A stretch of DNA of 64,000 nucleotides from Laetmonice hystrix (taxonomy: Eukaryota): assembly GCA_965235115.1 (NCBI GenBank), contig OZ249440.1, positions 496,001-560,000 of the forward strand, read 5' to 3'. The notes beneath the pieces were generated by a model. It ran no database searches and was not told where the DNA came from. It worked only from the letters and a program-made list of their open reading frames with translations. Both the position numbers and the translations under genes were made by a program. Position 1 is the stretch's first letter, and every line of letters begins with the position of its first letter. This document shows, piece by piece, positions 24,704-37,500 of this stretch.

Positions 24704-24790
24704 CCGGGTCACGGAGCCGGCCGGGTCACGGAGCCGGCCGGGTCACGGAGCCGGCCGGGTCACAGAGCCGGCCGGGTCACGGAGCTGGCC
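24704..24790. repeat. 17-bp GC-rich tandem repeat, 5 copies
   Basis: ggccgggtcacggagcc. Confidence 0.88.
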
Positions 24791-24965
24791 AGGTTTTTTA
24801 TAAACTTTTTTGGGGGGACAATTTGGCTACTTTTTACTTGAAATATTTTTTACTTTTTTGGTCAAACCTAGTAGTGGCAGCACTGATAGAGCCGGCCAGG
24901 ACGCCACGCCCATTCTTTCAGATGCTCTTGCCACTTGTGTGAGAAAACTCTTACTTCTCAGCATG

Positions 24966-27900
24966 TCACTTTGAGTGGGTATAATTAAAGCTGTTTCCAA
25001 ACTTGTCCTTCAGTTTCTTCGATGCTATGTTGTCTAATGCGTGTGCAACACGCTTCAAGGCTTGGCTGCAAGATAAAGTCGGGTTGACTTGTAGAGTTGA
25101 ATATGTAACAGTTTCTCTAACACAAATATCACCTTTATGTATAAAGCCCAATGATATCTGTTTCTAGATCTGGGGCAGACTTGCCAGCATTGTATAATCT
25201 ATGCTGGATGTTGGTCTCTGTTGATAAAAGTCAAACCTTTGAATAAACGTCTTGTGATACCAGATCAGTCATTGAAAGAAAAAACTCACGGGTTGAGTAT
25301 TTTCTTCTCGAGACGACTCCTTGCAACGTCTTTCTTCTGGTTTAGATTGGTGAGTCCCGGATATTTGACCTTGGACTTGCCACGACCTTTGCCCTTTCTC
25401 TGACTGTTTCCCGGGTTCAGGTTGACCCCTGTTGCAGCCTCAATCTCAGCCTGTAGCTGAGGGTCTTCCCACTCGGCTAGACCCTCTGATAAAAGAAAAG
25501 GTCATGTGTTGAGGGTCAGTTTTTGAAATCTTATCGAGGTGTACTTCATAGTCGGGGATGACATTACTTGTTCTGTCAGTTATGTGTGTATAAAATAAGA
25601 TTATTTGTGACATATGTCAGGGCCTGGAATAAGGAAATTTTTAACACTGTCGAGCGCTGTATATGTACATATCAACAATGACAAAACCTATGCAAATAAA
25701 AGTCATTTAGAGGTCGACTATGGACATGTATGTCTTTGTTGTATGTAAGCGTTACAAAAGTGATATCATCCTCAACTACATCCTGATGTATTTTACACCC
25801 TGCCAATGTCAACAGACAGTGCGACCCAACCAACACACACCCAAACCAACCAACACACACCCAAACCAACCAACACACACCCAAACCAACCAACACACAC
25901 CCAAACCCTGGCTGTGGCCCCTTATCTTGTAATCTGTGTAGGGGGAGGGAGGTATTACCCCCTTCAGTCACATGCATCCACTGACCTTGTCTCTTCTTGA
26001 TCTCCTCCTCTGCCAGACGGAGTCGGTCCTCGGCCTTACTTGGTTGACCCATGTTGTCGCGGGGAATGACCTTACCATGGAAAGGACACTAAAAAAATGA
26101 AAGTAACAAATTAGTGATTTGAATCTATCGTTGGTCGGTAATAAAATGGATATCAAGATGATATGTGGCACATTACTTCGAATTATTGTAGCTATCACTG
26201 ATGACATTCGCGGACACAATGTCCCGTTTAGACCATTGCTTACCTTGAATCGGTCCCTACGTGGACACAATGTCCCGTTTTAGACTATTGCTTACCTTGA
26301 ATCGGTCCCTTCGCGGACACAATGTCACGTTTCAGACCATTTCTAACCTTGAATCGGTCCCTACGTGGACACAATGTCCCGTTTCAGACCATTGCTTACC
26401 TTGAATCGGTCCCTTCGCGGACACAATGTCAGACCATTGCTTACCTTGAATCGGTCCCTTCGCGGACACAATGTCCTGTTTCAGACCATTGCTTACCTTG
26501 AATCGGTCCCTTCGCGGACACAATGTCCCGTTTCAGACCATTGCTTACCTTGAATCGGTCCCTACGTGGACACAATGTCCCGTTTTAGACCATTGCTTAC
26601 CTTGAATCGGTCCCTTCGCGGACACAATGTCAGACCATTGCTTACCTTGAATCGGTCCCTTCGCGGACACAATGTCCTGTTTCAGACCATTGCTTACCTT
26701 GAATCGGTCCCTACGTGGACACAATGTCAGACCATTGCTTACCTTGAATCGGTCCCTACGTGGACACAATGTCCCGTTTCAGACCATTGCTTACCTTGAA
26801 TCGGTCCCTACGTGGACACAATGTCAGACCATTGCTTACCTTGAATCGGTCCCTTCGCGGACACAATGTCCCGTTTCTCAGAGGAGCCCGGCAGCTCCAG
26901 GTGACTGGCTCAAACTTTCCTGTAAAGTTGATCACCCTGGATTTCATCGATTCCAAGGCAATCTGTGAATAAAATGAGAACAAGTGACTTTTGACATATT
27001 GAACATCGTTAAACTTGACCAGAGCATGTTCGTTTTTCAGTAATCTTATAGTACGTCTGGGGCCTAGTGTTCATCAATGTTATTGTAAAGGTTTTTATAT
27101 ACATGGTATGTTGACTGTTGTAATCAAATATTCCCTTACCTTATCTACCACATCCTCTCCATCAAACTTGGCATTCCAAAATTTGTGCTCAGATTCATAC
27201 CTGAAAATAACAAAATCATACTAAGCATCGGTCAGAACTTATCTAACCACAATTTATATCTTTTTTTTTTTGGGGGGGGGGGGGAATGACAGTTATTAAT
27301 GAGAAAGCTTTGAGAAGATGAGTAAGCTCTCCAAGCTACAGCCCATTAAAGTAAACATTTATGACTGAGTGACGCCGTCATGATGTTTCGTACTCACGTT
27401 ACCACCAGGGGGAGGAGCTCCATCTTCTCATCGCTTTGAGAAGATGAGTAAGCTCTCCAAGCTACAGCCCAACACCACTTTAGTTTAAACTTAACATTTA
27501 TGACTGAGTGACGCTGTCATGATGTTTCATACTCACGTTACCACCAGGGGGAGGAGCTCCATCTTCTCATCGCTTTGAGAAGATGAGTAAGCTCTCCAAG
27601 CTACAGCCCAACACCACTTTAGTTTAAACTAAACATTTATGACTGAGTGACGCAGTCATGATGTTTCATACTCACGTTACCACCAGGGGGAGCTCCATCT
27701 TCTCATCGCCCCAGTGTAAGAGATCAGTACCGAAGGGAATAACTGGCACCTCAGACTTGATCTTCTTCACCTCAGACTTTATTTGTTTCTTGTCATCTTT
27801 GTTCTTCTCTACTGGCTTCTCACTGTGGTATAAAATAAAGTTCCTCTATCACAGGCTTTTGTTGGTTATTCCCCCATGATAACTTTCCGACAAAACTTTT

Positions 27901-30900
27901 GGGCAGGGATTCGGGTTAAGGTTGAAGTTATCATGGGCGATGTACCCTTTTATTCACATCCAAAGACTAATTGAGAAGGTGACAAGTTTTGATCATGTAC
28001 CTGTTGGTAGCATGTGTTTTCAATTCCTTGAGTCGCTGCAGTGTGGCGTGAGGTGTGGTCGGGTCATATATCTCTTCAGGTCGATCAGGTTTCTGGGTCA
28101 GTGACCAGTCTTTAGATGTGCTTGGTTTGGGCGGCTTTTCCAAGAGGCCGTTTTCTTCACGGAGGTGGGCAGGGATGTGAGGTTCATAACCTTCCTTCTC
28201 GGGTACTTCCTCAAAGTCACTGTCATCATCATCGCCATCATTGCCTGAAAGGATGCACATCCGCTGTGTGAATTACTCTTGGTTTGTGTCAATGTCTATC
28301 TCAGACATACAAATACTGGAACCACTCTCAGACAGAGAACAGTCTGAGAAAGCTGTTTCCATCCATTACCATAACAATAATAGCTTTCACCTACCTTGAT
28401 CGGTCTTGACACTTTCTGTGGAACCTTTCCTATTTTTACCCATGGGAATGATCTTGAGTTTCCCAGCTCTGGTCTTGGCCATCTCAATGGCATTCTTGAT
28501 ATCAATAGCTCTCTTGATCTGATATTGTTCTGCACCGGCCTTTGATAATACCTGTGATAGCAATGGTACAAATTTATTTAGTCAAATAAGATCATTTTAG
28601 AACAGTCAACATACCAGTGATCACCTGACAGGTGTTTTTGTTTTACCATTGACCTGATACAGTGTCTTCACACTGGCTTTTTTTATCTTTTGTAAAGTTT
28701 GACTACTAGACAAATCAAAAATCTTTTAAAATTGTGGATGACCCTTTTCCAAATCCATTTGTCCACCACTGTTTACCATGACTTTACCTCGAGCCAGCGT
28801 TGAACTTTAGGCATCATTTTGTTGGAGAGTTGTCGGACGAGGTCCCGCAGTGCTTGTAAGATGTCTGTATTGTCAGGAGTTTCCTCCAACCTGTATTCTC
28901 CTCCATCAAATGAAATACTTAACTGGTAATCATGAGAGCCCAGGCCGTGCTGTCGGACCATTTCAGCCTCTGACATTACCTCTTCCTCCTCCTCCTCGCC
29001 AGACTCGGAACTTCCTGTAGAGATTTCCTGGAAATCCTCTTCATCATCACTGGCATCATCATCTCTCTCAGAGCCATTCCTCTCGTTTTCATCTTTATCC
29101 TGTCCCTGCTCCATACCTTCCTTTTCCTTCCAAGTGGACCCCTCCCCCAGACCCGTGGGGGTGGTAGGGGGTGGGGGGAGTGGGTCATCAGTGGATTCTC
29201 CCTTTATCTCAAGATTTGTCTGGTCTGTGTTTGCTACACTCAAACATGAAGGCCCACAGTTCACTTGTTTTACCTCAAGATTTGTCTGGTCTGTGTTTGC
29301 TACACTCAAACATGAAGGCCCACAGTTCACTTGTTTTACCTCAAGATTTGTCTGGTCTGTGTTTGCTACACTCAAACCTGACAGCCCACAGTTCACTTGT
29401 TTTACCTCAAGATTTGTCTGGTTGAAGTCTGTGTTTGTTACACTCAAACCTGACGGCCCACAGTTCACTTGTTTTACCTCAGGATTTGTCTGGTTGAAGT
29501 CTGTGTTTGCTACACTCAAACCTGACGGCCCACAGTTCACTTGTTTTACCTCAGGATTTGTCTGGTTGAAGTCTGTGTTTGCTACACTCAAACCTGACGG
29601 CCCACAGTTCACTTGTTTTACCTCAGGATTTGTCTGGTTGAAGGCTTTTTTTGCTACACTCAAACCTGAAGGCCCACAGTTCACTCGCTCCTCATCAGTC
29701 ACACACTCTGATTTCATGGCCGTAGTTTCACACTCTGATTTTATGGCCGTGGTTTCGCACTCTGTGGAGATGTCATTGCTTGGTTTTTCAATCACTCTGT
29801 TTGAAGATTTCTCCTTTTTTAGACTGAGGTTCGAGGATGATGCTGGTTGGGCCGAAGTCTTTGACCACCGTCTGTTCTTAACCAGGGCAGCATTACCGCT
29901 TTTTTTGGATGTTGTTAAACTTTTTGATGAGCCAACACTTTCAGAAGTTCTGAAGTATCATAAAATAAGTTAAATATATGTTGTCAGGCATAAAAGATAT
30001 AATCAGAATTTGTGATGAGAAATGTTGACAGATTATTTGGCCTCTAGTTATTTTGATATATACATGTAGTTTTCTTTTCTTTTTTTAAATTATTTAAATT
30101 GAACTGGAAAGTCTGTTTAGTTGACATTAGGACAAGAAACTCTCATGTGACAGACCTGCGTGCATAGGAGGAGAATGGATTATGATAGGCTGTCGAATAT
30201 TCAGGTGACATGAGTCCATGAATCTGGAAGGACTCTGGATTAGGTAGGATCAATTGTAAGGCATTCTCTATCTGTACCAACACATCCTTGATATCTGGGC
30301 TTGTGTCTGCAGCAGATCAGAATATAATGTATAAAATATAATAAGGTCATTATCAAAACCGAATCTACATGGAAAAATGTACAAAACCTCCAGATTTGGA
30401 TGTGAATGCAATATCAAGGAAAAATCATCAGAACCTTTAGCTATTATCATTGGTACCACCAGTCACTTTTCTTTACCTGCCATTTCTTTCATACAATTTT
30501 CAAGTCTCTGGTTTCGCATGATTTCTTGCCGTCGTTGTTGTTCTTCAGCTGTGCGTTGTTGTGCAGCTGTCCGAACATTGATTCCAACAAAGTCAAGCTG
30601 GAAATGATTGAGACAAAGAAGGTTTGTTGCAACACGTACGTCGACTTATGTACCCCAGTATATATTACGTGCAGGTAACCAGTGGCGGATCCGGGGGGGG
30701 GGGGGGGTTGAAAGATTTGGGAGAAATTTCTACCCTACATGTTTTCGACATTGTTAAAAAACAATTCTGGGGGAGGGCACTATACACTACCTGCTCTCAT
30801 GTTTACATATATGGCATCCTTTAGAAAATATGCTATTTTGAATTCTTTACAATAAACATGTAGTTTTTTGCTAGAGGCAAACCTTTTTACATCCTTTCAG

Positions 30901-31663
30901 GTAATCGTAACCCAGTGAAAGTTTCTTGTACTCTCGTCCATATTTCTGATTCCATATATTCATAGCTTCCAGGGCTTTGGTTTTCAGATCCTTGGCTGCT
31001 GCCTTTGGTGGAGGCAGGGGGAAATCTGGATTTGTTTCTGAAAGATTAATTAATCTTTTAATTACCATCATTGTATGATTTTTATTACGCCACATAATAC
31101 TGGAGACCTATCACTCTATCTTTTAATACACTTTGTCTTTCCAATTAATATCATAAGTAGTGGGCTCGAAATACTTTCCAGAGAAGACATTAAAGTTTGA
31201 GACTGAAAGTCTGGACAACCAACCAATATTTTTCAATAGGTTGACCCCAAACTTACCCATTGTGAGCTCCATGTATGTTTGGAAGTCGGAGAGCATCAAG
31301 GTGCGGAAGTGATGGCTGCGACAGAACAGTTCATTCACTATTTGGAATGCTGAGAATCTGATCTCTGCATGGTCCTTCTCCAACTGCATCATGATCTGGC
31401 TATGGGCATATTTCACATAATCGTCAGACTTCCTGCAAATATAGTATCACTAATAAGATTATACAAAATCTTTTGTCATTTGGTCAACTGAAGAATAAAC
31501 AGAAATTTGGTGCCTGTGTGTGAAATATTATCTACACGTACTTGCATATTGACTTCAACCTTTTCATGTTTCCTTCATCAAGAGTTTGTTGGCCCGTCGT
31601 GGTGAGTTTCTCGACAAGAACGGCCAGTTCCTTGCAGAGGCTGTGATCTAGAGTTGCCGCCAT
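24966..31663 (-). CDS. UVSSA: UV-stimulated scaffold protein A (transcription-coupled repair), with an expanded repetitive linker
   Basis: Exons (5'->3' on minus) 31663-31542, 31432-31257, 31037-30883, 30597-30477, 30306-30156, 29949-28788, 28551-28395, 28244-28001, 27822-27676, 27200-27140, 26962-26840, 26088-25986, 25485-25290, 25065-24966 (3018 nt, 1005 aa). Motifs: HAEIRFSAFQIVNELFCRSHHFR, PLPPPK, YKKLSLGY, VRQHGLGSH, FEEVPEKEGYEPHIP, PFGTDLLHWG, GKFEPV..CRAP...LC.RRDRFKCPFHGK (zinc finger), EW.DP and KF.N.FNY. Confidence 0.93.
26205..26878 (-). repeat. 45/52-bp array copying the UVSSA zinc-finger exon 3' end plus donor (12 extra copies)
   Basis: Minus-strand unit GACATTGTGTCCRCGWAGGGACCGATTCAAG|GTAAGCAATGGTCT(GAAACGG). 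Confidence 0.93.
27308..27712 (-). repeat. 126-139-bp triplication that includes a UVSSA exon end plus donor
   Basis: actcacgttaccaccagggg... at ~27391, ~27531 and the real junction at 27675. Confidence 0.85.
29203..29684 (-). repeat. Coding minisatellite inside UVSSA exon 6: 4 x 72 bp plus 3 x ~66 bp
   Basis: VNCGPSGLSVANTDFNQTNPEVKQ (24 aa) x4, then a 22-aa variant x3; the frame stays open across the 1162-nt exon. Confidence 0.9.
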
Positions 31664-31753
31664 GATCTGAATACATGCCATTCATTATATACAAACCTCA
31701 GTCTGCCTCAAAATGGATAGAAGATTGATACCCACATATACTTCAGCTACTGT

Positions 31754-33373
31754 ACCACTGCTACCAGCTAGAGGTCACATTACCACTGCTACCAGCTAGA
31801 GGTCACATTACCACTGCTACCAGCTAGAGGTCACATTACCACTGCTACCAGCTAGAGGTCACATTACCACTGCTACCAGCTAGAGGTCACATTACCACTG
31901 CTACCAGCTAGAGGTCACATTACCACTGCTACCAGCTAGAGGTCACATTACCACTGCTGCCAGCTAGAGGTCACATTACCACTGCTGCCAGCTAGAGGTC
32001 ACATTACCACTGCTGCCAGCTAGAGGTCACATTACCACTGCTGCCAGCTAGAGGTCACATTACCACTGCTGCCAGCTAGAGGTCACATTACCACTGCTGC
32101 CAGCTAGAGGTCACATTACCACTGCTGCCAGCTAGAGGTCACATTACCACTGCTGCCAGCTAGAGGTCACATTACCACTGCTGCCAGCTAGAGGTCACAT
32201 TACCACTGCTGCCAGCTAGAGGTCACATTACCACTGCTGCCAGCTAGAGGTCACATTACCACTGCTGCCAGCTAGAGGTCACATTACCACTGCTGCCAGC
32301 TAGAGGTCACATTACCACTGCTGCCAGCTAGAGGTCACATTACCACTGCTGCCAGCTAGAGGTCACATTACCACTGCTCCCAGCTAGAGGTCACATTACC
32401 ACTGCTACCAGCTAGAGGTCACATTACCACTGCTACCAGCTAGAGGTCACATTACCACTGCTACCAGCTAGAGGTCACATTACCACTGCTACCAGCTAGA
32501 GGTCACATTACCACTGCTACCAGCTAGAGGTCACATTACCACTGCTACCAGCTAGAGGTCACATTACCACTGCTACCAGCTAGAGGTCACATTACCACTG
32601 CTGCCAGCTAGAGGTCACATTACCACTGCTGCCAGCTAGAGGTCACATTACCACTGCTGCCAGCTAGAGGTCACATTACCACTGCTGCCAGCTAGAGGTC
32701 ACATTACCACTGCTGCCAGCTAGAGGTCACATTACCACTGCTGCCAGCTAGAGGTCACATTACCACTGCTGCCAGCTAGAGGTCACATTACCACTGCTGC
32801 CAGCTAGAGGTCACATTACCACTGCTGCCAGCTAGAGGTCACATTACCACTGCTGCCAGCTAGAGGTCACATTACCACTGCTGCCAGCTAGAGGTCACAT
32901 TACCACTGCTGCCAGCTAGAGGTCACATTACCACTGCTGCCAGCTAGAGGTCACATTACCACTGCTGCCAGCTAGAGGTCACATTACCACTGCTGCCAGC
33001 TAGAGGTCACATTACCACTGCTGCCAGCTAGAGGTCACATTACCACTGCTGCCAGCTAGAGGTCACATTACCACTGCTCCCAGCTAGAGGTCACATTACC
33101 ACTGCTACCAGCTAGAGGTCACATTACCACTGCTACCAGCTAGAGGTCACATTACCACTGCTACCAGCTAGAGGTCACATTACCACTGCTACCAGCTAGA
33201 GGTCACATTACCACTGCTACCAGCTAGAGGTCACATTACCACTGCTACCAGCTAGAGGTCACATTACCACTGCTACCAGCTAGAGGTCACATTACCACTG
33301 CTACCAGCTAGAGGTCACATTACCACTGCTACCAGCTAGAGGTCACATTACCACTGCTACCAGCTAGAGGTCA
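31754..33373. repeat. 28-bp minisatellite, ~58 copies, with a 700-bp higher-order period
   Basis: accactgct(a/g/c)ccagctagaggtcacatt; the C variant occurs at 32379 and 33079. Confidence 0.96.
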
Positions 33374-33592
33374 GATTTAATCTTTTTTTTTAGCAGCATA
33401 TTTATTCAGGAATAAATGGATAAATTTTTTTAAACATAACATACATTACAATTGCTTTTTTCAGGTTAAGAATTCATCAATTTTTAAATACCATTCATAT
33501 TATAAGGGCTGTCGCTGCTCAGCTGAGCAGTTTAACTAGACAAAGGTAATAGACAAGTATTACCCCCTTTCCAGTCTGGCCCAGTACCCTGC

Positions 33593-33933
33593 CAGGGGGC
33601 TAGGGAATTTTCAGCCAAAATTCCATAGATTTAATGTAAGCAAGTTTGATATGATTGGAAACATGTTAGACTTTTAAAATAAATCATTAATTTGAAAGGT
33701 GCGGGCACAGGCGTGGGTCCTCCCCCTCCCCCCCAAAGCACAGATTTTTTTTCTCTTAGATTCAATGGAATAACTTCGCAAGTGCGAAGCATTCCTGCCG
33801 TTTTGAACCCATTGAGCAATGAATCCACAAAATATAATGCCCTAAAATGGACCCTAAAAATGGCAGGAAATTCTAAATTGTAAAAATTTCCTAAGTAAGA
33901 CCCCCCCTGCTGAAAATCCTAGACACGCGCCTG
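33593..33933. mobile_element. Degenerate MITE-like element with CAGG...CCTG ends
   Basis: cagggggctagggaattttcagc compared with gctgaaaatcctagacacgcgcctg (imperfect inverted repeat). Confidence 0.4.
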
Positions 33934-33949
33934 TTTAACTTCCTTAGAC

Positions 33950-34505
33950 CACGAAGAGTAGCATCTACGGAGCCTAGATACTGATTAGTTACTGTATAGT
34001 CGACTAGTACTACGACTCCAGTGGCAGTGACACTGACAGTGTAGGCCATCATCAGTGTGGTCAGAGTATTAACTATTATGACTGTGGCCTAGCCTGGATC
34101 CCAGGTTCGGTTAGACTTTTCCACTTCCGATTATCATGAAGAAAGACTAGGCCTACCAGATCGTAATCTGTATCACATGTAAGCTGGCTTTCCAACTCCC
34201 AGTTTTTCCGTCCCAGTCTCCGTGATCCCGCCTGAACAAAATATTTCACAACTCTAGATCAACACGATGATACAAATCAAGCCACAACTGGGGCATCAAA
34301 ATGTAAACGTGACCTATTTGCCATAAACTAGTTTTGCGACAACAATCTGTAGGCCTATTTGACAATCATGATAATGTTTATAACTTATTTCTAGCGATCA
34401 TAGGCCTAAAGGAGTAATAATTTAGCCATTTTATGTGTAAAATATTGCACTGGCGACAGACGAGGAGTTTTACGACACTATTACCGTAATCTGGTGACTG
34501 TCAGA
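33950..34505. promoter_or_regulatory. Probable bidirectional promoter region shared by UVSSA and BORCS7
   Basis: The genes are head-to-head. The UVSSA ATG exon has an acceptor 3 nt upstream (31667), so a 5' UTR exon is required, and a minus-strand GTAGG donor lies at ~34156. The region is CpG-richer than the gene bodies. Confidence 0.5.
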
Positions 34506-37500
34506 ATGTCGAGTAGCTGGAACCAAGAAACAAAAGCTCGTTTGTCGGATAAAGTGTCAGCAAATATGAACGACATCGCGTCGCTGACAAGACAGATGTT
34601 AAGAGGATCAAAATCTGCAGAGGTAATTTCTCTCTTCCTGATTCTGTGTGGAAGAACTCATATTGAACTGTATGTGCACCTATTATCGCTCAAGTATTTG
34701 TAAACAATCTGTTTGTGTGGCCTTGGCTTGGCGAAAACACAACTACATGTAGTCTATATAGCACAGCATACATTTTTCTACGTGATGAAAAACTGAAAAG
34801 ATGGATGCGATGCTCGAATATTCTAGAATATGTTAGTTTGCATCAATCACAATTCTTCAGCTCTGGTTAATAGTATGTTTAATATGCGGTATGCCTAAAC
34901 ACCGAAACGGACCGAAACGGACCCTAGGGGACCAGGTATGGACCGAAACGGACCCCACAAAGAATGAAGGGACCGAGATATACCTTATGGACCCACAATG
35001 GGACCGCCTCGGTCCACGGCAGGGACCGAAACGGACCGTCAAAGTACGGAACCCTACCGAAACGGACCCTATGGGACCAGGTATGGACCGAAACGGACCT
35101 TACAAAGAAAGAAGGGACCGAGATATACCTTATGGATCCACAATGGGACCGCCTCGGCCCATGGCATGGACCGAAACGGACTGTCAAAGTACGGAACCCT
35201 ACCGAAACGGACCCTAGGGGACCAGGTATGGACCGAAACGGACCCTACAAAGAAAGAAGGGACCAAGGTATACCTTATGGACCCATAGTGGGACCGCCTT
35301 GGTCCAGGGCAGGGACCGAAACGGACCGTCAAAGTACGGAACCCTACCGAAACGGACCCTAGGAGACCACATATGGACCGAAACGACCAGATATGGACCG
35401 AAGCGGACCCTACAAAGAAAGAAGGGACCGAGATATATATTATGGACCCATAATGGGACCGAAAAGGACAGTCAAAGTACGGGATCCTATCGACAACGGG
35501 GAAAACTAATCACCCACGATGCCAGTTAGGGCAAGAACTGACAACGATCACGGCAGTCACTTTTACAATGATAAAATGGTTTTATTCAAATTACATTATA
35601 ACAAACTTCAATAGTGACGTGACGTGTGGATTTTAAAATAAATAGTTCTAGGTAGGAAAAACTAAATGAAATGTATAACTTGTGTATAACGATATTGGAA
35701 ACAATTACTAGAACACTGTCTTTTAATCTTTAACAACTTAAGTCAGGATGAGATCACCCTTCTGTACTGTACTTTAAACACACGTTAACTCTATAGTCTC
35801 TAGTATAGTACTTTGACAGTTTGTTTCGGTCCGTTCCCTGGACCGAGGCGGTCCCATTGTGGATCCATAAGGTATATCTCGGTCCCTTCTTTCTTTGTAA
35901 GATCCGTTTCGGTCCATACCTGGTCCCGTAGAGTCCGTTTCGGTAGGGTTCTGTACTTTGACGGTCCGTTTCGGTCCCTTCCCTGGACCGAGGCGGTCCC
36001 ATTGTGGATCCATAAGGTATATCTCGGTCCCTTCTTTCTTTGTAAGGTCCGTTTCGGTCCATACCTGGTCCCGTAGGGTCCGTTTCGGTAGGGTTCCGTA
36101 CTTTGACGGTCCGTTTCGGTCCCTGCCGTGGACCGAGGCGGTCCCATTGTGGGTCCATAAGGTATATCTCGGTCCCTTCTTTCTTTGTAGGGTCCGTTTC
36201 GGTCCATATCAGGTCCCCTAGGGTCCCTTTCGGTCCGTTTCGGTGTTTAGGCATACCCCTATGTTATGTATGTTTTATTTTATCTTTACATAATTTGTGA
36301 TTTCTGTTTGCACTAAAAAAAAACAATGACCAATATGTACTAGTAGTAGTCGTAGTTCATCAGTCTCACTTGCCATGTATTCCATGTTAACTTTCTAGAT
36401 ATCCTGATAATCATATTAAATTAATTCACCCAGACTGGCCAGAGTTATGTCTCTTTGCAGCTCTTGGAAAAGGCAGCAAAGAACTTTGCTTACCAAGAAA
36501 ATGCAATTGAGAATTCACTGACGGTAAGCTGTTTAAATAAGGAATTTATCCTCAGTAGAACAAACAGGCAGACATTGTTATTGAAACTCTCCTCTGTGCT
36601 TGCCCAAGATTTTATTAATAATCTCCTTTCTCATTATTAGACACTGAAGAAAATGGGACTGTTGTCATCACATCTTCAATTTCAGTAAGTAAAATTTTCT
36701 TGACAGGTCATTATGGGCCTGCGGCTATTGATGTCCAGTATATGAATGTCCCTTTAAATCCAGTATAAGGACAGGGGGATCCCTGCCTCACCTCTCAACA
36801 GACCTCCAGAACGCTGCCATATTCCATGTTAAAATCAGTTTCCGCTGCGTCAATCCACTGCATACAGTGCTGCCACCTATTGGAACCAAGAGAAGTAACA
36901 CCAGGTGTCAACATACATGTACTGCAATTTCACATTGAGAATCAAAATCTCTGTTTTTAAGCGTCTGCTGACGGCTTACTTATGAGAAGTGGTAAAGATT
37001 ATTTATGGCTCCACAATCAATTGTATCTACAGGGTCAGGAAGAATGTTTCACAGGTCTTGGTCTTGGTCTTGTAGTCTAACCTGTCTCTTGTATCATACA
37101 AATGAGACAGGCGTCTGTGCAACAAAAAGTGATTCTTTTGCATTTGGGTAAAAAAACAAATGTCATGTGGTCTGTGTTTCAGAGCGGAGGCCATTGAGAG
37201 AAGGTAGGCCTGACCTTAGTTTTATCAGACCTTGATACATGACCCGTGATAACTTAGAACCCACAAAATTTGGTGGAAAGTAAAGATCCATAGCCCTGAC
37301 CTTATCTCTAGCCCCTAACCCCAGTCCCTACACCTGCATCGATTATTGATAGCTGGGATATAACACCGACACCCTCTCCAGATTGTTCCAAGAGTGGGCA
37401 CACATTATAATTTGGTGGAAAGTAAAGATCCATAGCCCTGACCTTATCTCTAGCCCCTAACCCCAGTCCCTACACCTGCATCGATTATTGATAGCTGGGA

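Noticed and set aside
29134-29973. 279-aa plus-strand ORF
   Set aside because: It is the antisense shadow of the large repeat-containing UVSSA exon.
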